A DNA stretch of 64,000 nt from Basidiobolus meristosporus CBS 931.73 (Eukaryota > Fungi > Basidiobolomycota). The stretch lies in contig MCFE01000262.1 of assembly GCA_002104905.1 (NCBI GenBank), forward strand, positions 1 through 64,000, written 5' to 3'. The translations under genes were made by a program, and so were the position numbers. A model generated the notes under the pieces. The model worked only from the letters and a program-made list of their open reading frames with translations. It had not been told where the DNA came from and did not search any database. Shown piece after piece: positions 26,036-37,018 of the stretch (positions within the stretch are counted from its first letter, which is position 1; each line of letters opens with the position of its first letter).

Positions 26036-29000
26036 TGTTATGATCTGCCGCTTGAATGTTTAAGTTAGATCAGTTTTTAGTCAAATCAGTTAGTATATGT
26101 TTAGGTTATTAGTATATCAGTATTACCTATCAAATCAGTAGCATTAGTCAGCAAATGAATCAGCAGATCCTTATCAGACAGAAATAGATATATTAGACTT
26201 GTTCCATTGGATAGTGCCACATTGAGCCATGAGTGCCAAATGATGCCATAGTGTGCCAGAAAGGTCAAGTGAGCCTATACTTGGCCACAGAGTGTGAAAC
26301 ATAGCTCCGCATCTTCATGTAAAGCAGCCCCTGTGTTTCACCCATTGCGCAGGAGAAAATCCATTTTTTGACCTTTTTTTGTGGATCAATGTAGCTCAGG
26401 ATGTGTAAGAGCACAGGAGAACTGAGGATATGCATCTGGTACTCAATACCCATGGCACTCTGAATCTAGCTCCTGTAGCTTGTATCATGTCACAAAAATG
26501 AGTGGCACTATCTTGGTCCATTGGTACTATCTGGTACTATATTTAAATGTTAGCCCTAAAGTAAGAACTATACAAAGCACTTATAGTGCCAGATAGTACC
26601 AGTGGACCAAGATAGTGCCATTCATTTTTGTGACATGATACAAGCTACAGGAGCTAGATTCAGAGTACCATGGGTATTGAGTACCAGATGCATATCTTCA
26701 ATCTGCTTGTGCTCCAACACATCCTGCACAACATTGATCCAAAAAACAGGTCAAAAAATGGATTTTCTCCAACACAATGGGTGAAACACAGGGGCTGCTT
26801 TGGATGAAGATGTGGAGCTATGTTTCACACTCTGTGGCCAGGTAGAGGCTCACTTGGCCTCTCTGGCACACTATGGCATCATTTGGCACTCATGGCTCAA
26901 TGTGGCACTATCCAACAGAACAAGTCTATTAAGTAGGATCTTATTGGGGGATAATGATGCAATCATATGAGTCATCAGCCACATCCTACATTAGGAAATA
27001 CAATTAGTTAGTAATTGATCTGGCAAAATGTATATAAGGAGCTGCTGGAACCTCAATAAAAATCAGTTCAAGTTTTAGTGAATACAATACTAGCTAAACT
27101 CCCTATTCCTCTACAACTCTTATACCAAGACTTGTAACATTGGTAGCAGCAATAACCAGAAACCTCCCTCCTGAAGAAAGAAGAAATCACCCTCAAGATG
27201 ATGGACAATCAAGAATGGAAGAATACCATGCAGCCAATCCTGGCCCAACAGCAACAAGGAATGACCACCATGGCTCAGAGCCAGCAAAGCCCTGTCAATA
27301 GCAACTTTAGTGTGAAGGTCAACCGGTACTATGGCAGAGTCAATGAAAACCTGGGAACTTGGATCTGTCAGATTGAAGAAACTTTGAAAGCTAAAGGAAT
27401 TGCTCCAGAAATCAAGTTGCATTATGCAGCTTCTTACCTGGCAGATGCAGCTTTACAGTGGTACCACAACAAGATCAGGTCAGCCACTATGATGGGATGC
27501 TCTACAATCTCTGCCTGCAATGAGTTTGTGTTGGAAGTTCAGGATGCTTTTGAACCTCCACCCCAGCAGACACTACTAAGAAGGAAGTTAAAGACACTCA
27601 GACAGAAAGGAATGGCTCAAGAATACATCTATGAGTACAGATGTCTACTTGGACAAATTGAAAGAATGGACCCCCTGGATCAAGTTGAATACTTTATTGA
27701 TGGGTTGAAAGAAAGAACTTGCAAGAAAGTGAACTATGAAAGACCTCAGACTATTGAAGAAGCCATCAAGATTTCCATTGACTATGACTCAGCTATGTTT
27801 GGAGTTGGGAAGCCTATAGTGACTAATCAGAAAGGCTACAGTCATTATGAAAGAAGACAGTCAGAAGCAGTACCAATGGAGATAAATGCTATGCAGAAGA
27901 ATCCTACCTCAGAAGAATGTAAGTAGAAAGGACTTTGCTTCAATTGCCACCAGCAAGGAGATATTGCAAAGTACTGCCCTCAGAGAAGAAATGGACACCA
28001 GCCATCAAGAACCTTTAACTGTATTGAGGCCATGGAGCATAGTAACATGGAGGATAAACTTGAAGAAGACTCAGACCTCACCTTCCACATGACAGAAGAA
28101 TACCTATCCCAGATGACCTGAAACTCAGGAAAGCTATTATACTTGAATGGAGTAATCAATGGAGTACCTAAGATCATGATTGACTCAGGAGCATTGAATG
28201 AGTACATGTCAGAGCAATTTGCCCTGAAAGCTGGAATCAACTTGGAACCTACCAAATCAACTTCGGTCTCAACAGCTGATGGGAACTCTCACATAATCAA
28301 CCGTGTTACTCAGCCAGTAAGAATGAAGATCAATGACTATGAAGAAGACCTACATGCTTATATATTTGGGAACTGCAAGTTTGACCTTGTACTTGGAAAA
28401 ACCTGGCTATTTTGTCATAATCCATCAATCAACTGGAGAACCCATGCTACTCAGATCCAAAAAGACAACAAGACATATGAGCTATTACCTGCCAGGCTGG
28501 ATTTCAACTTGGTCAATTCCAGTATGTGTGAGACAAGTGAACTTAGCAAGACCCAGTTCTGTAGAGCGCTTAGAAAAGGTACCTAGATGTTCCTCATGGC
28601 AGTATTAAAGGAGAATTCCTCTACAACAGCACCCCAGCAGGTCCAGACTCTCTTGAAGAAATATTCAGACGTGTTTCCAGATGAGCTTGTAAGCTTACCA
28701 CCAGTCAGAGATGTGGATCATGCCATTGACACAGGAGATAGCCCTCCAGTGAGCAAGACACCTCACAGAATGAGTCCGTTGGAATTGGAGGAAATGAAGA
28801 GACAAATTGATCAGCTATTGGAGCAAGGATGCATCAGACCCAGCAAGTCACCTTGGGGAGCACCAGTACTTTTTGCTAAAAAGAAGGATGGAACACTTAG
28901 GATGTGCATTGACTACAGAGCCCTGAACTCAGTTGCCATCAAGAATAAGTACCCCATACCTTGGATTGATGAGCTTTTGGACCAACTTAATAGAGCCACT

Positions 29001-31674
29001 ATTTTCAGCAAGATTGACCTCATGTTGGGATACAACCAGATTAGGGTGAAGCCAGAAGACATCCCTAAGACAGCATTCAAGACCAGATATGGACATTACA
29101 AGTACTTAGTCATGGGTTTTGGCCTTGCCAATGCCCCTGCAACTTTCAGGACCCTGATGCAGACTGTCTTACAGGGGTACTTAGACAAATTTGTCATAAT
29201 CTACCTAGATGATATACTGATATACAGCAAGAGAGAAGAGGATCACTTGGTGCACATTGAAAAGGTCTTGAAGAAGCTAAGAGAGAACAAGCTTTATGGC
29301 AAGCTACCCAAGTGTGAATTCTTCAAGGAACACATTGAATACCTGGGACACATAGTGACTAGCATAGGAGTAACCTTAGACCCCAAGAAGGTGGAAGTAA
29401 TCAAGAATCTGAAGCAGCCCCATAGCATATCAGAGCTCAGATCATTCTTTGGAATGGTTTCCTATTGTTGGAGATTTGTCAAGTTGATTGCAAGTATTGC
29501 AACCCCTTTGACTGATATCCTCAAGAAAGACAATACCCACAAGTGGGACATAGCTTGTGAGACTGCCTTCCAGACGCTCAAGAATGAACTTGCTAAGTTG
29601 CCAAGCTTAAGAATACCAGACTTCAGAAAAGAGTTCACTCTGTGCACAGATGCTTCAGATTATGCAATTGGTGGAGTGCTGAGCCAAGAACACAAGGGAA
29701 AGGACTACCCTGTTGCCTTTGAATCCAAGAAACTGAACTCAGCAGAACAAAACTATCCAGTCTATTAGAAGGAGATCCTTGCTATAATACACTGTCTGAA
29801 GACATGGAGATGCTATATTGAAGCAGTCAAATGCACTGTGAAGACTGATCATGCCTCCCTCAAGTGTATATTTACTCAGAAGGTACTCTCTACAAGAATG
29901 ACAAGATGGTGTGAATACTTCAGCAATTTGACCTGGAGATTGTCTACTGGCCTGGAAAAAGCAACACAGTTGCTGATGCCTTATCAAGATTAGATCAAGT
30001 TGCACAACTCAACTTGGTGCATGAATCAGATTGGCCTAGCCTATTACCAAAGTACTTGGAGAACCAAGCCATTTCTAGTGAGGTGGATGAGGATATCAAG
30101 AAGATAATCTGTGATGAAGCCAGCAAATTTGTAGTACAGGATAAAATACTCTACCAAATTGTTGATGGAAGCCCTATTGCCTAATGCCCTTATGTTTCTT
30201 GCCTGGATTTAATACATAAGCTACACAATGGATATGGACATCTTGGAATCAAAGGAACCTATAGTCTTGTGAAAGCCAGAGCATGGTGGCCCAGAATGAA
30301 ACAAGACTTTGAAAAGCTAGTGAAAACATGCCCAAATTGCCAAATCCACCAAAGCAAATCACAAAGAATTGCCAAACTCTTTCCCTTGGAGCCTGTAAGA
30401 CCATTTGAAAGTTGGGGAACTGATTTTATTGGAAGACTGCCAACTACCAGGAAATGCAACTGTTGGATCCTAGTAGCAATTGACCACGCCACTAAATGGC
30501 CAGTTGCTAAAGCTGTACCAATAGCCAGTGAACAAGAAGTTGCAAGTTTCATTTACCATGAGATCCTGATGAAGTTTGGATGCCCTGTGGAGATCTTATC
30601 TGATAGAGGAGCAAACTTTATGGCAAAGACATTGGAGGCTTACCTGGAAATGTAGCAGATCAGACACTTGAAAACCTTGGCATATCACCCCAGAACTAAT
30701 GGAGTCACTGAGCGGTTTAATGGATTATTTGGAAAAATGCTGACCAAGTATGCAAATGGAGTTGTCAGTAGATGGGATGAGTATATAGACCAAGCACTCT
30801 TTGCATGCAGAGTTAGAGTACACAACACCACCCAGCAATCACTATTTACTTAGTGTATGTATGTTAACCAAGGATTCCAGGAGATCTCACACAACCAAAA
30901 CTTACAGACACCTTAGAAGATGAACTCAGTCAGCCAAGTAGACACCAGCAACTGGAGCAAAGACGTCAAGAGGCATAGACCAAAGTATCTCAAAGTGCAG
31001 AAAAGATGAAGCAGAGATTTGATAAGACTATAGCTCCAGAAATATTGGCAGTTGGGAACTTTGTATTGCTAAGAAACAACACTTGGAAGAAGTTTGAGCC
31101 ACAATGGACAGGACCATTCAAGATCATCAGAGAATGTCCATTTGCAACTTACCAACTGGTGGACAAACAAGGCAATATCTGGGAAGACTTAGTACACAGG
31201 GTCAGACTCAAGCTTGCAGGACTTGCTGATAATACTGAACCATCAAGATATTGGTATCACAAGAAAAGAGATTCAGGAGAACCCTCTCAGCTTTAGTAGG
31301 AGAGAATATTATGATCTGCTGCTTAAATGTTTAAATTAGATCAGTTTTTAGTCAAATCAATTAGTATATGCTTAGGTTATTAGCATATCAGTATTACCTA
31401 TCAAATCAGTAGCATTAGTCAGCAAATGAATCAGCAGATCCTTATCAGACAGAAATAAATATATTAAGTAGGATCTTATTGGGTGATGATGATGCAATCA
31501 TATGAGTCATCAGCCACAACCTACATTAGAAAATTCAATTAGTCAGTAATTGATCTGGCAAAATGTATATAAGGAGCTGCTGGAACCTCAATAAAAGTCA
31601 GTTCAATTTTTAGTGAATACAATACTGGCTAAACTCCTTATTCCACTACAACTCTTATACAAAGACTTGTAACA
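26036..31674 (+). mobile_element. Full-length Ty3/gypsy retrotransposon (Gypsy-2 copy B)
   Basis: LTRs 26036-27139 (368 bp after removing the MITE) and 31307-31674, ~20 mismatches. 4-bp TSD CTGG. PBS TGGTAGCAGC (tRNA-iMet type), PPT at ~31295-31306. gag 27198-27926, PR (IMIDSGA), RT/RH 28587-29768 (YLDDI), IN 30269-31296. Confidence 0.95.
26195..26927. mobile_element. Foldback MITE copy 3 (733 bp) inserted in the 5' LTR of Gypsy-2B
   Basis: TSD ATT at 26192-26194 and 26928-26930. The sister LTR (around 31460) shows the empty site ATATATTAAGTAGG. Confidence 0.93.
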
Positions 31675-31802
31675 CTGGCACTCTAATTTCTACTGTAATG
31701 CCAGTAGTAGGACACAGTTACTGGCAATTTACTCAATTGTACTTATGTGATAAGAATAGTACTTTACTTGTGTTATTTACTTTACATTATGCTCCAGACA
31801 CA

Positions 31803-32860
31803 TTACTCTCTGTAGATGTCTTCCTGTATAAATATACTGTGAATAATAAGTATATCAAATATTTTACATACTGTGCTTTTTTCTCCTTTATATGACTTTC
31901 CTCTGTGTTTACCTGCCAATAAGCTGAAACTCTTTAGATATTCAAATGTATGCTCCACTCCAACTCTGATATGATTAAATATCACATTGTAGAGCTTCTG
32001 CTTCCTGCTAAGCACACTATTCCTTGGCTTGCTATGATCTACAATACATCCTATTCTCTGACAATCCTCTCCTATATGAGTTAAGTCTGCCATCTATTTT
32101 GCCTCTTGACTGAATTCTAGATGATTCTCTGTTGAAATAATTAGGAGTCCACCTAATTATTAATATGTTACAAACTAGCACTAAGTGAAATGATATATTT
32201 CAGATTATCAACATGGAAATTAGTTTGTAAGATATTAACTAATTATTAGGAATTAGAGAAGTACAGAATTTTAAGAAAATCTGAAACTTGTCCAAATGAG
32301 CTGAAACTTGGCACATGTACTCCTGAGACTCCCCTAATAATGACCAAATAGTCACATTTACGTAGTTCTGCAATAAGTACAAATACTCTGTTGCAACTCA
32401 ATAAAACATCAAGTGAATAGCATGTAAATCTTCTAATTCTCCAATTCACTTCCAATATATCTCTCTAATATTTCAGCATTCTCTCCCCAGAGTGCTTTGC
32501 CATTCCTACTTCTAGCAAATGGCCCACTAAGGCAGATGATGTGACCCTCAATGTCAGACAAGGCCTAAAACCGCACACAGTGTGCCTTGTATTTGGCAGA
32601 ATAAAAGTGCCTCTGCCCTCCAGAAGGTTGGTTAGCCCTGACTGGGAAGGTATCCAAGATGTTTCTGATTTGGAACCTGTAGCTGAACATTCTGGGAAAT
32701 GCAGCTGTTGTGTTGTATTATGAATAGTTTGGGGCCTGTTCCGCAATGTGGAGACTAATAAAATATGCAACAACTTTCAGGCTGCAAATACCAAAATAGT
32801 TTATCAGGAGTTTGATATTCCAATAGTAGGTGTAACTTTCACCAATATTCTCAATCCTAA
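31803..32860 (-). pseudogene. DDE_Tnp_4-family (PHIS) transposase, split by solo LTR-4
   Basis: Joined translation ILDTFPVRANQP..QRHFYSAKYKAHCVRF*ALSDIEGHIICLSGPF..LWGEN|HLEF..MADLTHIG..KPRNSVLSRKQKLYN..RVGVEHTFEYLKSF. All three D/D/E positions are recognisable. Confidence 0.8.
32130..32478 (+). mobile_element. Solo LTR, family LTR-4 (349 bp)
   Basis: TGTTGAAATA..TATTTCAGCA; TSD TTCTC on both sides; the transposase frame continues across it; AATAAA at ~32399. Confidence 0.92.
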
Positions 32861-33022
32861 GCTCAAGATTTACTGTGGGTGGTGTTTCTCACTTCTACAG
32901 TAGTGTTCTGACCTTCTGCCAACTATTAAGCTTATTTAATTTTATAGTGACTTTTCCTTATTTGAAAGTAACTTCCCTTTCTGAGATTATACATCCTGAT
33001 ATGGAGATTCTCAACTTCCCTT

Positions 33023-33710
33023 TTACCAAAAGGGGTGTCGTGTAGGAGTCTCTGAAGGTGTCTTTACACCTAAAGGGGTGTCTAAAGGGCAGTTTTTGTA
33101 GTAAAGGGGCTTCCTATAGTGGTCTCTAAAGTGGACTTTACACAAAAGAGGGGCCTGAAGGGGCAACTTTACAGTGAAAGTGCATTTTAAAGGGGTCTTC
33201 AAACTCAAGGGGTATCTAAAGGGGTGTCTTTTGAGTGAAGAAGCTTCTTAACTAGGACTTTTCCAACCAAAAAGTTGTAGTTTTCTTGTAGAACTTGAAT
33301 TGGATTCTGGTGAGCTTTGCAGTTTCTTTACTGATGTAGCACCAATCAAAGTCAGAATACTCAACAGTGCAAGTGATATAGGGGAAGTTTATAATCTTTA
33401 AGCTTGATATAGTAATGTGGAGATTCTGGAAAGAGATGCTCACTTTACTTTCAGCTGAGGGAGTCATATATATGAATATTTTGAAGGAACCAAGTTTTTT
33501 GGGCAATTGCTCTAGCAATACATGTGATACAAAGCTATAATTTTGCAGTGGCACAGATTGAAAATAGGTGTGGCATCTGTAAAAGTTGCAAATGATTTTA
33601 TTGGCTGTTTATATGCAATCAAAGTCACCAAAGTAATTCCAGTGAGAGGCCTATTGTAAATGGTAAATGGACTCTTTTGATCATGGCTCCTTAAGTACTG
33701 CTTCAAATTG
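33023..33710 (-). pseudogene. ORF2 relic of the PHIS element (function unknown) with Pro-rich repeat tail
   Basis: Peptide conserved with the 11900-12400 copy; imperfect AAAGGGGTGTCT repeats at 33025-33230. Confidence 0.45.
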
Positions 33711-33811
33711 GCTTTGACTTAATGCATAGGTCTGCTATGACTCCCAGGCACACTATGGCACTATTTGGCACTCATGGCTCAATGTGGCACTATCCAATGG
33801 AACAAGTCTAT

Positions 33812-35369
33812 TATGTTGAAAAATATATCCTCAAATAATGACTTGGTGATTTTATTGATGATATGCACACAAGTTTATAATCAAACAGGAGATCTGAAGT
33901 TGATGTGATTTCATTTGGTAAGAGCTCCAAAGTATCAGAAACAGGGTAAGTGAATATGTTCAGGAATCCAATGGCGAGGTTCAAGAGGAGGGGTACAGAC
34001 TGCAGGCAACCGCATCTAGATTGCACAAGGATGCCTCACTGGATTAGTTACCATCCCTTGCAATGACATTGCACCGTGCACATCAGTCCAATTTAGGCTG
34101 ATATCCTTCCTAAGTATGCGCTGCTTTGAGTTGATGTGCATCAGATCAATGCCCATACTTCAGAGTAAAACTACTAGAACTTGCCAAATGGCTCATTTGT
34201 ATGCATGTCCATTGGGGTGGGCCAAGTTGTGTCAACATATAACATCACATTAAATTCAGCCAAGGGTCACAAAGTTAATGTCTCATGACTAAGAGGTACC
34301 AATCCTGTCAGGACACTGTCTAGATACTGTTGAAAATAATTGCACCCCAGATTTCACAAAAAATTGGTCAAAATATTTCATCACAACAATGTATGAGTGG
34401 CTATTAATTGGTTCCCTGCCAATTTGCTCACTTTCTGATCCTGTAAACTCTATTGCCACCTATGTTTGTGTGCATTGATTGGCTATTGCCTCTTTTTCAC
34501 ACTCCTTACTTCCTGACTCAAATGTTTCTCTTACTTTTCATGAGTACAAATTGATTCATTTCTGTTGAAACCTTAGTTGTACCTCAATTGCCAGTTGTAT
34601 GGACCTATACAAGTCCCTATGCCCTACACTAACATTAAGCCCAACCCCACACCCAATAAGTAGCTCCATTAAAATCCACTACTCAATAAGTATTTCTGCT
34701 GTAATACTCAGGTTCCACAACTTTGGCAGGAACCCAATGGCTTTATGCCACTCTTCATTCACTGGTTCCCACATGTCCTGGTCTTCAACTGGCACTGCAA
34801 GGTCTAGCATCTCACCTGCCAGTCTTTGCAGTAAATCCTTACAATATTCCAGTGCATTTTCTTGAGCTCTGCTCTTAAAGAAGTGCTGCAACCTCTTGAT
34901 GCGCCTATCAATGTTCCAAGACTCCACTGAAGGTATTGCAAGGGTATTTCAAGCTCTTGACATTGTAACCTTATCTGTCAGTGGGATCTCCACTCTGTCA
35001 CCAATAGAGGATGTGGAGGCTGTGGTAGACAAATTACCTTTTCAGCAAACTCATTGACCTTCCTGGAGTGTAGCTCAACTGGCTGTGCTTCCAACTCATA
35101 TGAAAACAGCTTTTTTCTTATGGTAATTCTTCTTGGCTATGTTGAATTTCAGTCTGTTCCTGGCTTGCAACATTAATTGGCATGAGCTGCAGTTTTTTTG
35201 CATGCCTCCCTGTCTCAGGCTTGGGTAGACATTTTCCCCTTTACTTTTTCCTTTATCATTACCAGGTCTTACACTGCTTCTTTGAATGGGTGCTTCTTGA
35301 GTAGTGCTACACTTTTCCTTGATAAATGTTGTGCTGGTGCAATTCAAGTGCATTCTGCTTGACCTTGAG
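33812..35369 (-). pseudogene. Long degenerate ORF of an unclassified multi-copy repeat
   Basis: One minus frame over 33812-34500 is open apart from stops explicable as C->T changes. Homologous pieces lie at 200-440 and 45580-45745. Confidence 0.35.
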
Positions 35370-37018
35370 TGTTACAAGTCTTGGTATAAGAGTTGTAGAG
35401 GAATAGGGAGTTTAGCTAGTATTGTATTCACTAAAACTTGAACTGATTTTTATTGAGGTTCCAGCAGCTCCTTATATACATTTTGCCAGATCAATTAATG
35501 ACTAATTGTATTTCCTAATGTAGGTTGTGGCTGATGACTCATATGATTGCATCATCATCCCCTAATAAAATTCTACTTAATATATCTATTTCTGTCTGAT
35601 AAGGATCTGCTGATTCATTTGCTGACTAATGCTACTGATTTGATAGATAACACTGATATATTGATAGGCTAAACATACAACTAATTGATTTGAATAAAAA
35701 CTGATCTAACTTAAACATTCAAGCGGCAGATCATAGCTGTCTCCCCTACTAAAGTTGGGAGGGTTCTCCTCAATCTCTTTTCTTATGATACCAATATCTT
35801 AATGGTAAGGTATTGTTGGCAAGTCTTGCAAACTTGAGTCTGTCTCTATGAACTAAATCTTCCCAGATATTCCCTTGTTTGTCCACTAGTTGGTAAGTTG
35901 CAAATGGACATTCTCTGATGATCTTAAAGGTCCTGTCCATTGTGATTCAAGCTTCTTCCAAGTATTGTTTCTCAGCAATACAAAGTTCACATCTGTTAAT
36001 GATTCTGGTGATGCAGTCTTATCAAATCACTGCTTCACTTTTCTGCATTTTGAGATACTTTGGTCTGTGTCTCTTGCCATCTTTGTTCCAGCTGCTGGTG
36101 TCTACTTGGCTGACTGAGTTTATCTTCTAAGGTGTCTGTAGGCTTTGGTTGTGTGAGATCTCCTGAAATCCTTGGTTCACATCCATTCACTAAGTAAAGT
36201 GGTGATTGCTGGGTGGTGTTGTGTACTCAACCTCTGCCTGCAAAGAGTGCTTGGTCTATATACTCATCCCATCTACTGACAGCTCCATATGCATACTTGG
36301 CCAGTATTTCCCCAAATAATACATTAAACTGTTCAGTGACTCCATTAGCTCTGGGGTGATATGCCAAGGTAGTCAAGTGTCTGAAGTGCTGCATATCCAG
36401 GTTAGCTTCCAATGTCTTTGCCATAAAGTTTGCTCCTCTATTGTATAGGATCTCAACAGGGCATTCAAACTTCATATTGCTCTCATGGTAGATAGAACTT
36501 GCAACTTCTTGCTTACTGACTACAGGTACTGCTTTAGCCACTGGCCACTTAGTGGCATGGTCAATTGCTACCAGCATCCAAGGATTGCATTTACTGGTAG
36601 TTGGCAGTCTTCCAATAAAGTCAATCCCCCATCTTTCAAATAGTCTTACAGGCTATAAGGGCAAGAGTTCAGCAATTCTTTGTGGTTGGCCTTGGTTGAT
36701 ATGCCAATTTGGGCATGCTTACACTAGTTTCTCAACCTTGTGCTTCATTCTGAGCCACCAAGCTCTGGCTTTCACAAAACTATAGGTTCCTTCAAATCCA
36801 AGATGTCCATATCCATTGTGTAGCTTATTATTAAATCCAGGCAAGCAACACAAGGACAATAGGCAATAGGGCTTCCATCAGCAATTCAGCAGTGTTCATC
36901 TGGTACCACAAATTTGCTGGCTTCATCCTGCATTATCTTCTTGATCTCTTTGTCCACTTCATTAGGAATGGCTTGGTACTCCAAGGTCTTTGGTAACAGG
37001 CTAGGCCAATCTGATTCA

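Larger units (their letters stand above)
25990..33809 (-). mobile_element. Putative formerly autonomous PHIS (PIF/Harbinger-ISL2EU-related, Pangu-like) DNA transposon, interrupted by Gypsy-2B and solo LTR-4
   Basis: Left terminus ACT|ACACTTGCTCTGTTGGCTAGTGCCACAT matches the MITE terminus (AGACTTGTTCTGTTGGATAGTGCCACAT). Right terminus ...AACAAGTCT|ATT. Encloses a DDE_Tnp_4-like ORF. Pairing of the two ends is uncertain (ACT vs ATT). Confidence 0.6.
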
